Shown here: piece by piece, positions 1 to 13,844 of the stretch | Numbering within the stretch: the first letter of the stretch is position 1 | How the letters are laid out: each line of letters begins with the position of its first letter | DNA from: Octopus vulgaris | Lineage: Eukaryota | Assembly (NCBI GenBank): GCA_951406725.2 | Contig: OX597816.1 | Span: 143,158,001 to 143,222,000, forward strand | Length of the DNA: 64,000 nucleotides | Direction: 5' to 3' | Made by a program: the position numbers and the translations under genes | Notes under the pieces: generated by a model | What the model was told of the DNA's origin: nothing | What the model saw: the letters and a program-made list of their open reading frames with translations, nothing else | The model's database searches: none

Positions 1-3000
1 GTCTGTAATGCTTGAACTACATAGGCACCTAGAATAATTAGAGAAAACATGATTAGACTATCAGATTAAATTTGTTTTTGAGTGATGGTTAAGCTTTAGG
101 CTTCTCACATACATATAAAATAAATATTAAAAGAAAAAAAACACTGCAAGTGTAAAACTCTAGAATATATCTCTAAGAATCAAATTCTTACAGCTGCATA
201 AAAAAAAACCGAAATAATGAAGACTTTGATTGGTTCAGTGTTAGAATGAATAAGTTACAGCCCAGACAAAACTCATCCTATATAATGATGGAACACTGAA
301 ATAAAGTAAACATGAAATTTGAAGAAAAAGATTAATAAAAACATTAATAGAATAGAAAGAGAAAACAAAATAATAGTAATAAAGAGAAAATGTACCAGAC
401 AGAGAGAAGTGAGAACGCATGTTTATACAATGAGATTGTGTTATGTGCAAATGAGGATGGTAAGAGGACAAAGAACACAAGAGACTGGGAGTGGGGAAGA
501 ACAACAAAAGAAAGATGTCACAAATAAAAAAAGAAGGCATAATGATTTGGGTATGTTGACAATAAAAAGGAAATTACTTTCTCCCTGAATCTTTTTTGGA
601 TACTTCATGGGGTAAGATTATATTTGATGAATATATTTTATTCTCTATCTTCAGACTGGTATATTTTCAACATGTGGTGGGTATTTAGATATTTTTTTCA
701 AATAATCACCCATGTCAGCACCCACTAATCTTGGCAATAATCTAATGGTTACTTCCTCCCCTTTCTTGATTTGTGAAGGATTAATCTAAAGAAGAGCAGT
801 ATAAGTACCTAAATCTCTTTTAGGGACATCCAGACTGGAGTGTACAGTTAAGTGTCATATTAGTACAGTTTACAATTCTATGTAAATTGTTTAATGAAAA
901 TATTAAAATAACTGCAGAGAAAATTAAATCAGGGGTTGAGGAATATAGTTCTGATTAAAAAATGAAGATAATCCCATCAAGAGTCTCAGGAAACTATTAG
1001 AATACATTGGCATGTCTTCATAAAGAAACAGCAAAAAATGAAGTGTTTTTGAGTGCCCTGAAGAGTAGAAATATCTGGGTATATTTATTTTGATGAGAAG
1101 AGCCTTACCCAGATCATTATATTTTCTTATTTTCACATTACACCAATACATTTCACCTCATTGCTTTTCATTGGGCAAGGAAGATTTAAGTAGCTTCAAG
1201 ATTATAGTTGAAATGACAGGATGAGAAAATGTGGGCATATTTGAGTGAGTGTAAAAGGTAACATAAAATCAATAAGTTCAGATGAGCTGAAACAATTGTA
1301 GTAGCAGTCAGGGATCACTGCAATAACAGAAAGAAACCATTGACTGTAGAGAATTTCAGAGTATAGAATGTAATGTACTCTGCATTTTCAATAAAGTAAA
1401 CTGTTTGAAATATATATTTACTCCCTTCAAGGTAATACCATATCTCTACAACACTGACTCTTACCAATGCAACACTAATCTTAAAATTTTAGTGATTATT
1501 AGAGGTGTCTTTAGTGTCGCTCATATTGTGATAAGAGAAAAAAGTGGAAATTGTTTTTATGAATGGTAAGGCTTCATGAGTATATATGTCAATACTAAAT
1601 CAATTTTATCAACAGTCAATCAAAGCAAAATAATAATGAAGATGAAAGAAAGCAACTTTTCCTCTTCTTGTTATTAAATGGGTGCAAAAACTGTCATGTT
1701 GATGTTAGGTTTGGTTCGTTACTGGATTTAAGTAATCTATTTCTATATTTAGTTTGATAATTGCTATCATTTATATATTATATTTATTTTGAACATTGGA
1801 ATAAATCTATAAATTATTAAAACCAGGGATAAAGTCAATCAAATACACTCTTTACTTTATCAGTCTTACAAAGATGAAAGACAAAGTTACTGAACTCAGA
1901 ATATAGAGTAACAAAATTACTGTTTATTTCTTGTTACATGACAAAGTTTATAATTTATATACTCTATTAAACACTGAATATCTTCTCACATAAGAGAATT
2001 TAAAATTGAACGTATAAACTACCAAGCTATTTATCAATTTCCTGTTAATTTAGTGTTCCTCTTAATGAGTCCTTTCTTTCTCCTTGATAGGATGCTAGAC
2101 TATTACAAGTATAACTTTTTCTGTGAGAGAAACTGAATTTAGTACTACAAGACAACACTGCAAGTTCTGGTGTTATTCTGCTCATGCAGTCTATTCTCAC
2201 AACCAGATAGATTCAGTTACTGGGAGCTAAGTTACTGTTCAATTCCAGGTCAATACTGATTGTACAGATTATGGACAAAGGCATTCTAGTCATGACCATC
2301 CCATCATTTAATTGAACAAAATGTAATTAGAACTGCAGTGGATCTTCTTTTTAAGTGTGTGATATGAAAGAGATTTGGCTGCTAATTTTCATTATCAAGC
2401 AATTATGTAGAGGTTTCCTTAAATTTGACACAATCTAGGTAACAAAATATAGACCACTTACCTATTAGTTAATAGTATTGCATGAATTTGACTATCTGTA
2501 GCTTTCCATACACTGTTAGTTCAGTATTTTATCTACTTGGTGTTTTGTTATTAAAATGATCGATATAAACAGTTAAAGAGATTTTTTTAATGAATTAACA
2601 GCTAATATTTTACTAAAACTGATATTAGACATTATGAATCCCAACTTGAAACAAAAAAAAAAAAAACAATGGGAATCATGTATCATCTTATTGGACAACC
2701 ACATTATCACACTACAGAATATCTACCTTTTTCTCAAATTAGTTACTGTATTATGATTTCTTTTGCCATTTTAATAATCATTTTACCTGGAAAAGTATCT
2801 TATTTATTTAACAAATAGTTCCTTGTTTATAATACTTATTTGAAAGGAAGAGAATAACAGCCACCCTTTTATATAAACTGATAATGTCATTTATCACTTG
2901 ACAAGCAAAAGAAATGTAGTTCAAGTCCCAGTTGTTGTTTTTATATCTCAACCTGGTAATTATAATGTTAATATCATTTAAATCTACCAACTCCAACTTA

Positions 3001-4029
3001 ACATATAATAATACTTGTCTTTGTTACTGTAGTTATTAAAAAAAAATTACACAAAATATCATAAATGTAATAATTTAATATTCAACAATTTATTATTTTT
3101 TTTTTTGCTATTAAGTGAAATTTATAAAATCATGTTCATATTGATTTTAATATAAAAGCTTAAAATTTCAATATATTTGACAGTATTATTTCTCTATAGC
3201 CTTTAATTTATTAAGTATTTTGATAAAATGTTCGACAATTTATACATATATTGATGTGAGCAACTACTACTTTGCTAGTAATCATATATTCCACTAAAAC
3301 CTAAAATACCATCAATGCTTTTTTTATGAAAAAGGATTTCTTTTGTAAAGTTGCTGGCTTTATACCTAATAATTATCTTAAGTGATCGCTTCACAAAAGG
3401 TAACCAAACAAAATGAAGATAGTGTTCTTTCATATTTGTTACTTTATAGAGAATCAATTTAGTGTTGCCAATTTGTATTTCAATATAACTTAACAGATTT
3501 CAAAACACCTTTTTTAAAATCAATAAACAATTTTTAAAGCCTTTTAATATTGTTTATATGTGTAAAAAAAATTTCTTTTAAATAAAAACTTGTGATAAAA
3601 AAAGTGATAAGGTACCTGTCCCAGATTTATGAATTCAGGTTTGAAATTTTGTACTTTTGTTTTATTTATATGTTTTATCTTAATTAGATTATGTGATTTT
3701 AATAAATCATAAATGGGCATGTAATCAATACTGGTCTTTTACAAGTAGAGTTAATCTTGATATGAATCTTAACAATCCATAGATTGTGTTCTTAAGTTTT
3801 TAGTAAATCAGAAATACATTTCTCCTTTGATAGGACAGTAATATCCATCAACTGTGCAACTCTTTTGTTGGTTGGTTATAGATGTTAGCTGTATCTCCAG
3901 TGCTGAATATTAAGTGTTTAATAATAGAGTCATTGAGATTTAAATATATTTTGCATGGTTAGTCTAAAGCCAGTGATGGAATATGAACCATTGACCCTTT
4001 GAGTGATAGGCTGATTTGAGTGCTAAAAA

Positions 4030-4185
4030 AAAGCACCCTGTATAGTTTGTAAAGTGGATGACATCAGGAAGGGTGTCCAGCTGTAGAAATCATGCCAAAA
4101 CAGACACTGGTCCTCCATCACTTTGGATCCTGTCAAACCAATCAATCCATGCCAGTATGGAAAATAGATGTTAATTGTTTTGATT
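4030..4185 (+). repeat. RTE LINE 3'UTR fragment
   Basis: aggaagggtgtccagctgtagaaatcatgccaaa...ccatgccagtatggaaaatagatgttaa is similar to the 3' end of the RTE at 38765-38939. Confidence 0.75.
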
Positions 4186-4379
4186 ATATGAGGTGGCTAT
4201 TATGACTGTATTTGTGATAACCACCTTTAAGCAAACAAACAATGGTTTCTCTACACTTGCTACTAAGACAAACTTTACAAAACATGTTTGATATTGCATT
4301 ATAGCGAGACACAAGCATTGAATGAAGAAGCTATGTAGAGGCTGAACAAAGTGAGTTGAATAGATATTACATATGTAAT

Positions 4380-4594
4380 ACTGGTTTCAAATTTTGGCAC
4401 AAGGCCAACAATTCTGGAAGAGGGGCAAGTTGATTACATTGACACCAGCACTCAACTAGTACTTATTTTATTGACCACCAAAATGATGAAAGGCAAAGGA
4501 GCCTGACAGCATTTGAACTCAGAACATAAAAATGGATAAAATGTTGCTAAGCATTTTGCCAGGTGCAGTAACAATTCCACCAGCTTGCTACCTT
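4380..4594 (-). mobile_element. tRNA-derived SINE, family A, older copy
   Basis: Its reverse complement aligns with 4600-4817 (aaatgcttagc, gttctgagttcaaat, gcctttcatc, taagtactagttg). Confidence 0.8.
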
Positions 4595-4599
4595 TTACC

Positions 4600-4817
4600 T
4601 GGCAGAAACATTAGCATGCTGGGCGAAATGCTTAGCGGTATTTCATCTGCCGTTACGTTCTGAGTTCAAATTCCACCGAGGTCGACTTCGCCTTTCATCC
4701 TTTCAGGGTCGATAAATTAAGTACCAGTTACGCACTGGGGTCGATGTAATCGACTTAATCCGTTTGTCTGTCCTTGTTTGTCCCCTCTATGTTTAGCCCC
4801 TTGTGGGTAGTAAAGAA
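4600..4817 (+). mobile_element. tRNA-derived SINE, family A, young copy that retains CpGs
   Basis: B-box-like GAGTTCAAATTCC followed by the conserved core gcctttcatcctttcagggtcgataaattaagtaccag. Several other copies occur in the window. Confidence 0.85.
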
Positions 4818-5407
4818 ACAAATATTAACATGTATGAGAGTGAAGTGAGAAAATGCCTGTACATAAGAAGCATTAAGTCAATTTATATAGAAGAAATGAC
4901 TGTACTGATATGGATATGTGATAAGAAGAATGGCTGATAAAGTAGAGTGTACTGAGTGGAAAATAACAATCATAACAAGCAAGTAATGTGAGTTCTGGTC
5001 TAATCTCAACTCTAATATCTTCTAAATCAAATCATAGTGGGAGTGAGCCATAGGACAGGATGCTCATACAAGATTTGCTTTGATGTTCTTATAATCTACT
5101 AACCAAACATCTGTACTTTGGCTGAGTGACTTCTGATCCTGTCTAACTGCTCCTAACAGACTCTATGTGGTATATGCATAATGCATATAAAAGCTATTCA
5201 GGACCCATATTTATTTCCTATATGATGACCAAAACTCAATCTCTGCTGAAATCAATATTGGTCATCAGTAACATTGCATTTCTGTTGCACATAATTCATT
5301 TCAGGAGTGGCATTGTTGTTTATAGCAAATATAAAATATATGAAGGTGCATCCTGTTCTTAGAAACTGACCAAGATTACTATATCACTATTGTTCTACTA
5401 TTCTAAG

Positions 5408-5720
5408 ACCTCTTTAGTCATGAATGACCATGGTATTGCACCTAGTAAATTCCAAGCACAAGTCTGGGCAAGGTTGTTTATGGAAGACCAGCATACCAGC
5501 CTGCCTCCCTTCTCCATGCCACTAATGTTATCGAAGGTAAAGGGCAATATAGCTTGGTACCAGTGATGTCACAACTCATTTCTACAGCTGAGTGAAAACT
5601 GGAGCATCATGAAATAAAGTGTCTTGCTCAAGAACACAGAAAGTAGCCCAGTCCAGGAATCAAACTCACTACCTCATGATTGTGAACCCAACACTCTAAC
5701 CACTGAGTGATATGCCTTCA
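5408..5720 (-). mobile_element. tRNA-derived SINE, family B
   Basis: The minus-strand head has CTCAGTGGTTAGAGTG...GAGTTTGATTCC (A and B boxes), followed by tgtgttcttgagcaagacactttat...cactcagctgtagaaatg. Confidence 0.75.
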
Positions 5721-7144
5721 TATTGCCCTGTCGTAATCAACAGTAATATTGTTGTCATTTCCTTCCACAGATAAAAACATTTCTTCAGACGTATTTCCCA
5801 TAATGCATATTCCTATCTACACAGAAATGGTTATACATGCACACAGAGTGTTGTTGCATCCAAAGTAACACATGCATATTTGGTATATAGTTTATTTTAA
5901 ATTATTAAGTTCAAATTAGTTTCAGGCTGGTTGTATTAATTTCTATCATTGTTGCTAACAAGTTCTTGTTTGGAAACAATTTCAATCAGTATTTCATGAA
6001 GAGGAAAAAAATTAGTCTGAGGAAACTATTGATATAGCTTGCATTGACAGAAATGTCAAAGTTTATTTGAAGTATCTTTAATGAAATGGCAAGTACTAAT
6101 TGCTTTAATATCATTAAATGAAACCCTTTGAGCATAATTAGAGATGATCACCTGGTTACTTGTCAATTATTCAATTATTTTTAACAATATTGACCTTTTT
6201 ATTATAATGGCTACCAGGACTTCAAGACAAAAGAACAGCTGGAAAGATATTGCCACTCTGAGAAGTAAATATATTATATTTTTGTCTCATCTAATTCAAG
6301 CTCATAAAAGATGTATAGCTTGCATTTCAATTGAGAAAATCCCAGCAATTTAACCAGGCCACAAAATAAGTTTGAATGCTGATACAGCAGCAGCTCATTG
6401 TTTTCTCTTGTCATAGTGAATAAACTATTCACCCTAAACATGCTTCAGATCCTGGTGACAAAATACAGCAATAATAGTGGTCAGGAGGGAAAGGAGAATG
6501 AAGGAGATATTGCTGATAGTTGATAAAAAAAATGTTCCATTTCGAACAAAAGAGTCAATAATATTAAGACTGGAAATGGCAGGTGAGAATTTTCTCACAT
6601 TCAGAAAAACTTTTTTACTAAGTTCCACTAGCTGCCACAATTAAAGAAAATCAAATATAATATGGTCAAGTAGAATTTAAGATTGCAGCTGAGTAGTAAA
6701 AGTTGGAGACGAAGCTAGGAGGTGGGTAGAAGAATGGACTAGGTGGTTTGATGATAAATTAAACTCTAAAAATAATTATTTATTTTTAGAGTTTAGAGTA
6801 CAATTATCAAATTAAATTAATCATTATTGACAGTGTTGCTGTTTTTGTCATAGTAGTTTTCAGTTTGGATATCTGTTACTTTTGATTTTTATCTCTTCCT
6901 ATATCAAAATCATTTTCATCATTTTGAAAAATAATTTCTCAATATGAAAGAAACTCTTTTACTGAATCAACTCACTTGACACAAATATATAAAACTTCTT
7001 TTATTGATTCCATAAGGCTGACATCTAAAGTTCACCTCAAAAGGAGTATTTTTAAAGCTAGTTAGAGTACCCATTTCTTTTCTAGGCTCTCCTAGGTGGT
7101 TGATGTCAATGCAGTTGAAGTTAAATCTGAAGATCAAACATCAA

Positions 7145-7330
7145 AGGTTTCCATCAACCAAACTCACTCACAAGGCATTGGTCAGTCAGGGCCATAGCAC
7201 AAGACACTTGCTCACACAAAAGGACTGGAGCTGAATGGTGGAGTAAACAGTTAGCTTAGATGAGCAAAAACCATTGAAATTAGTACACATGGTTGTGAAG
7301 TGAGGTTCTTAACCACACAGACATATCTTC
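7145..7330 (-). mobile_element. Degraded SINE, family C, carrying a foreign 54-bp insert
   Basis: actcacaaggcattggtc...aagacacttgctca and cttaaccacacag match the reverse complement of the SINE at 43983-44372. Confidence 0.55.
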
Positions 7331-7590
7331 TAAAAAATTCTTTCATGTGTCTTAGAATTTTACACATTGGTTTCACAGAGACCTATATCAGAAAGGTATC
7401 AACATTTAACGTGTCTCTTTATTAAAATAACATAATTTTCTTCAAATAACAATTTTGTTTGAAATTGTTTTCAACTGAAATAATCAACTAATGAAACATA
7501 TTTAAAATGTTTAAATTTAAGAAAAAATTCATTTTAATTTAAATTTATGCAATCATTATAAGAGACATATATTTATGCAATGCCCAGATA

Positions 7591-8039
7591 CAAGGGGGTA
7601 CTCAAAAGAAACCAGAATGTTGCAATGTTACTTTATTCACTTAATTTTACATGTTTATACTTTTATTGCCTTCAAAGTATTCTCCTTTTAAAGCAATGCA
7701 TTGGGCTTCAAGCAACAAGTAACCATTCTTAGTGTGAAAACCACTCATAAACATGTGTTTTGCTCATGGCAGTGTCTTCGTAAGCTGTTTGAAGCATGAC
7801 AACTGTTTCGGCCACCATTTTCCACAGCAGAAAACAGAATTTCATAGAGGTATGCTGTTCCTTCGTTTCAGCCATCGCAAAAATTAATGAACAAGGGGGC
7901 AGTATAACTACAGAAGATGCCACCGGTTAGCAGGATAATGCCTAAGGACCGTATCAAGTGGCTTCTAGTGGCAGAAGCCTGAACTACAATGGACTTGTCC
8001 CACAGAGAACATTTCCAGTTACTTTTGGATACTTACTTG
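7591..8039 (-). mobile_element. Internally deleted mariner DNA transposon (449 bp)
   Basis: TA-flanked imperfect TIRs (CAAGGGGGTACTCAAAAGAAACCAGAATGT versus the reverse complement CAAGTAAGTATCCAAAAGTAACTGGAAATGT). It retains the N-terminal HTH EQHTSMKFCFLL...MLQTAYEDTAMSKTHVYEWF and the C-terminal CIAFKGEYFEG, but has no catalytic domain. Confidence 0.85.
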
Positions 8040-8185
8040 TATATGATAGATTTATTAATTTTCTACAATAATTTCGTTTCTGATTAATAAACAGTTTCTT
8101 TTCATTAGATACAAAGCGATATTTTTGTAGTAAAAAGGTATAACAGACTGAATTAACTTCAATATATTACTGAAATTTATTTTAT

Positions 8186-8570
8186 TCATCATTATTATCC
8201 TCATCAAATGACATGTTTTCCATGCTGGCATGGGTTGAACATTTTTACAGAAGCTAGCAAGCCAGAGGGCTGCACCAGACTCTAATTATGTTTTAGTATG
8301 GTTTCTATGGCTGGATGCTCTTCCTAATGCCAACCACTTTATAGTATACTGGGTTCTTTTTATATGGCATCAGCACAGGTGATTTTTATGTAGCCCCAGC
8401 ACAAGTGCTTTTTACATGGAACCAGAACAGGTGCTTTTTACATAGACCAAGCACAGGTGCTTTTTATATAGCCTCAGTACAGGTGCTTTTTATGTGAGAC
8501 CAACACAGGTGTTTTTTAAGTGGCACCAGCACCAGCAGGTCGCCAAGTAGCTTGCAAGACAAAGAACCCC
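8186..8570 (-). repeat. RTE-related 3'UTR copy containing a 26-bp minisatellite (8371-8526)
   Basis: (CAT)-like tail and gctggatgctcttcctaatgccaaccac. Units of about cagcacaggtgctttttacatggaac start at 8371, 8397, 8423, 8449, 8475 and 8501. Confidence 0.8.
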
Positions 8571-9284
8571 TCAACTGAAAGAGAGAGTGGAACCAAGGGA
8601 AGTGGATGTGTGCCAGGCAGGAGGATTACAGAATAGTAGAGGGAAAGAGATAGCTAGCTTAGTATTGGCTACCCCAGTGGATCAAGGAAGGAGAGGAAGG
8701 TGAGAAAGAGTTAGAGAGAAAGACAGAGAGACTGTCAGAGTGAGAGAGAGAGAAATAGATGGTGTTGGAGATGTATGGGGGGCTACTCACAAGGAACAGT
8801 GGAGAGGGTACAAGAAGTACAGAGGAGATAGAGAGGGATGTTCCATAAGAGTGTGAAGTGAAATGTTTAGAGATGGGGAAAACATGACTATAGCAAATGA
8901 TGGTGAGGGAAATGGAGTGGATGGGTGGTAGATGTGTGAGTGGTGCATGCAGGCTTCATTTCTTTCAAGCCTTCACATGTCCTCTGCAGTTACAGCCTAT
9001 GTTTCACTGCCATGTGGCATAGCTGTTCATACACAGTAATCATACAATCTGCTTTTCACTTTGAGGGAGAGGCCCTTTTTACCTTTGTTCCTACAAAAAA
9101 TTAAAAACAAATTTGACACTCCTGCAATTTGAACTGGAAACATAAAAAGATATCAAATACTGTAAGACATTAATGTCCAGCACTCAATGTTTCTGCCAGC
9201 ATATTGTCTTATATAGACAAATAACAATACTGATACTTATAATAGTTGCAATGTTAAGTAAAGCCTTTCCCCAAATTCATTAAC

Positions 9285-9668
9285 AATCATGGCACTCCGT
9301 CGATTACAACAACAAGGCTTCCAGTTGATCTGATCAATGGAACAGCCTGCTTGTCAAATTAATGTGCAAGTGGCTGAGTACTCCACAGACGTGTACTGTT
9401 AACGTAATTCTCAGGGAGATTCAGCGTGACACAGAGTGTGACAAGGTTGGCCCTTTGAAATACAGGTACAACAGAAACAGGAAGAAAGAGTGAGAGAAAG
9501 TTGTGGTGAAAGAGTACAGCAAGGTTCACCACCACCCGCTGCTGGAGCCTTGTGGAACTTTATATGTTTTTGCTCAATAAACACTTACAACGCCAGGTCT
9601 GGGAATCAAAACCGTGATCCTACAACCGTGTGTCCGCTGCCCTAACCACTGAGCCATTGTGCCTCCAC
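9285..9668 (-). mobile_element. tRNA-derived SINE, family D
   Basis: The minus-strand head GTGGAGGCACAATGGCTCAGTGGTTAGGGCAGCGG...GGTTTTGATTCCCAGACC has Pol III A and B boxes, followed by a body of about 300 bp. Confidence 0.8.
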
Positions 9669-10699
9669 TCATTAACAATATAATAAAATTGAACTAAGAA
9701 GAAACTGAAATAAATTCACTGATTGACCTGCTACAAGCTTCATTTCTGTACATAACTTGCCTTGAATAAACAAAAATTGGTTAAAATGCAGCTGAACATA
9801 ATATAATCTGCTTGATACTTGTCATATGAGAAGAATCATGAGGCTAGAATTTCTATGAGAAGGCTTGTCTGCTCCGTCTTAGTGATTACTAAACTTTATA
9901 TCCAGTATTTAGCAAAACTGGAGAAATGTTTAATAGTTTTAGGAGAACTGGAAAAATGTTTAATAGGTTTAATGTATATAACAAGAATTTCATGCTCAAT
10001 AAATATAATTGGAAAAAAATATATCACAAATATCCTTTTCAGTGTAAGTCTCCCTTTTATAGTAAATTTAATAGGATGAAATGCTTGAGTAGATAGTGTT
10101 GTATTACCAATCCAGTATTCATACGTTTAGATCATCTGTAGACATTTTATTGTCTCTAAGCAGTGCAAATTAATATAGAACTATTAAGGCACAAAGTCCT
10201 TAAATTTAGGACAACCAATTTGTGACCACAACCTTCATCACATTTACATTGTTTTGAAATTATTATTATATATTTATCGACTTGGTTTAAGTAAATCACC
10301 CTTCACTCCCACTTCCCATTCTGCATCATATATATGCAACCAAGAAATTTTATATAAGACCTGAACAAACTTCATGAATAAATATTATGAAAACAACTTT
10401 TAAAAGAAACATGACCACCTGGTATCTTCCAATAGCATAAAAGTACAATTACTACACACATCAAAGATCTGTGATGAAATCACTGAGTCATTAATTGTTT
10501 CACCACAGAAGTCTTTTGTTTTTATACAGTGTAACCAGACCAAATGAACTTAGGAGAACCCATCAAGTCTTGTAGCATACACACCCTATGTATGAACAAT
10601 TAAAATCCCTCAAATACTAGCCCTTATAATCTCTGATGATCTATCATGTATATCACAATGATGAAACAGCACAGAAATGATTTGGCTTCTTCTGTAGTG

Positions 10700-11120
10700 T
10701 CAGAAAACACTTCTATCTTGATCATAACCTGACTTTCTACAAAGTATAGGTTCCCCATTAGAGTGTTACTATAATATATAGAAAAGTAATACTACAGCAT
10801 CTAAGCAAACATTCTAGACCTCATTCGAAAGAAGGTTCTTCAGATGACTGGCAACAATTTGCAGACTAACAGATTACAACCACTGGCTAACAAATGCACT
10901 GCTTCTTCAACTACTACAATGGCCTCTGCAACTCTCCTCTAAACTAGTAAGATACATACTAATTCCACCTTGTTCTCATTTACCTCCTCTTCTCATAGTC
11001 ACTACTGAACACTCCTACTTACATTGTACTAAACATTTTGCCTGATCATTCCTCCTCAGAACTATAGCCCTCTGGAATCCCTCTAACACATATTTTTTCC
11101 TATAGATATCAGACTACAAA
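10700..11120 (+). pseudogene. Highly decayed CR1/L2-type LINE ORF2 3' end
   Basis: Remnant motifs FFNYYNGLC and SFLLRTIALWN. Similar relics lie on the minus strand near 12700-12960 and 48560-48860. Confidence 0.45.
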
Positions 11121-13844
11121 TGTAAGTTTACATAGGTTCTGCCATGTTGACAGCCATATAGGCAATGACCTCAAATGTTCAAACTGGACATTACCTACAC
11201 TAATCTCACTAGTTTAGAGAGTCCTTAATTACTTCATTAGGTATATTCTCTATGCTAGTAAATCTCATAAAATTAAAGCTGTTATACACATATATCCACT
11301 TAGCAAGCCTCTGCTTTGGTTTTTCTCAAAGCCTTGAAATATATATGAACAAAATGTACAATCAAAGAGACACATCCTCTGGACAGCCACACTTCACTTC
11401 ACACAAGCAGCTATAGTCATGGAGTATATACTGTAGTCTCGTAACAAACTGAAGCATGTCAGCCTACTGTGCCAAACCTATGCATTGTTCCCAAGCATTT
11501 TACAGCCTCTGTGCTAAAGGTATTCCCAATAAGAGCAAACAAAACATCATCATTTGTCTCCACCATTGTGATCTATATGCACTATCTATGGATATTGCCT
11601 ATAAATAAAAAAGAAACATTTTAAAAAAATATCAAGTCTTATTTAAAAATTTAGATGACAGTTCAAAAGATTCAATCACTGACAAAATGGAAACAAAAAC
11701 CAAAACACCAAAAGTTAGTGTTTTAAAGATTTCCGTTTCATGTTACACAATTCTGTTATATCTGATTTATTCTAATAATAACTACATCTGGTTAGATTTA
11801 GTTTGTGCAATTCTCTCATCACATTTAGATAAGAATTGTAAACTCTCACCCTATATCTGAGTAATTTCTTAGATGAAATGATAATTATTTATTGCTTACA
11901 CCCACACAATTGCTTTAAGTGTCATTTATGTTACTTGCCCAGATGAAAAGGAAGTCGATAAAATTTTAAAAAACAAGAAGCTGAAGATGTAGGAAAATAA
12001 GATAAAGGTTTTGGTGATATAACCTAGATATAATTGAACTGAACTGAGACTGAAATGAAAGTATATAAATGCAAATGTTTTTGAAAAGATTTTATCTTCA
12101 ATCTGCTTAAAGAATCTCTTACAATTCAAATTTCCTAGAAAATATTACACAAGGGAAGTAGTTTATGTTAACAAATTAACAAATAATTGTCTTGTAGTAG
12201 AGATAATAAATCACAATTCACTTCCATGTATATGCACTCAACGAGAAATATTAACAAAATCTTTTGTGGTAAACAAGTTTATAATATTACAGAAGGTTTT
12301 CTAGTAAGTTCTTATTTATCATTGTTGTGATGATAATGATGATAATAACATTTATGGTTGAAAGCTTCAGCTGCTTACTAATCTAAAGGTGGTGTCATAG
12401 TACTGTTTCATCACACAAGATATTAAAAACAAGTTAACAAATTAATATCCAGACACAATAAAGCGAAATGTTTTAAATTTAATTTCTAAGTCTGACAGTG
12501 CAAGCTTTTGTGCTTAATCAAACAATAAACTACTTTTTGCTTTTAAGTTGTACACTAAATAATGTGCTTGTGTTTCTCTGTGTGTATGTGGAGGGTCAGA
12601 GAAAGGGGTGCAGAGCAAAAGCATAACAATGACTGGCCGAAATTAGTACAACAGTAATCATGATCTTTGCAAGTTCTTCCAGACTGGTGAAATTGGTGCA
12701 GTTGATGTTCAACTTGAACATTCATTGGTCAATGTCTATAGGAGAACACTTTCCAAGGATCTAGAGATGAAGTATTGAGAAGAGTGTTTAGTACAGGGTC
12801 TGGGGAGATGAAACAAATAAGGATGACAGGAAGAGTAAAGATGTGTGTGACAAGTGGAGCTGAATGGTGGGGTAAACAGTTAGTTTAGATGAGCAACCAT
12901 TGAAAGGATAACAGAAGCAGAGAAAAGAAAGAGTATGTAAATAAACTGATAACAAAAACTAGTTGGTGATTGAAACTTTGCAAATTATTTGAATAAATTT
13001 TATGTTTGTAGCTGCAGTACCATCTCACAGATGTAAGGAGTACTCCAATGTTGATTTTACTTGAGCTTTGAAGAGAATCAGCAACTGATCAGACTAAAGT
13101 AGATCTGTCCCTAAAAGACATCATAGCCTTTGCAAATGCAGTTTTTGCAATATTTATATATATGTGAGAACAATATGAGATCATTTAAAATTGTGAGGCC
13201 TAGAAGAAGTAATGACTCCAAGCATTTTTAATGTGTTAGGCATGAATAAAGATTATGATGTATAGAGTAGTTTTCTTGATATATGTACAATTTAGTCTGT
13301 GGTCATAAGGTTATGATGCTCTCATCGGAAAACATCATAACTTTACTGTCATTTTTTATATTTAGTGATTCCATGTGTGCCTGACATGAGGTGTTATGGT
13401 TGCTTGTGTTTGATATCTAAGTACAACAAAATGAAAGATTAGTGAAGCAAAGTATCATCTCTAAAGGAATGTGTGTTATTAGAATAGCCAGTAGGTTCTT
13501 GATATACAGAAGGAAGAATATAAGAAACATTACTAAACATTGAGAGAGATTAAACTTAATAGACAGATTGTGTATTAAAGAGATGTCTGTTAGCATATAC
13601 TACAATAGCACAGTCTGAGTAGAAAATATTCAAATCCAGAAAGAAAAATCCTCTTTAAACAATGAAAATTTCATTTTCTCCTATAATTGCTAATTCTCAA
13701 GTGAATTATACTAAAAGTTTATGTATACCTATACCAACTATACAAAAAAAAGTTTCTTTTATCAGTTAAAAAAGAGAATCTGAATAAACTATGAACTGAG
13801 ATGTCAAGAATCAACAAAAACTATAAAAAGATTTGGATAAAATA

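Noticed and set aside
241-588. Overlapping 89-99 aa ORFs
   Set aside because: They arise from a purine-rich low-complexity tract and have no recognisable domain.
8371-8526. CRISPR-like regular repeat array
   Set aside because: There are no unique spacers or cas genes and the context is eukaryotic; it is a minisatellite.
9600-9668. tRNA-like sequences here and near 4600, 5650-5720 and 43985
   Set aside because: These are SINE heads with A/B boxes fused to repeat bodies, with no intact cloverleaf evident.
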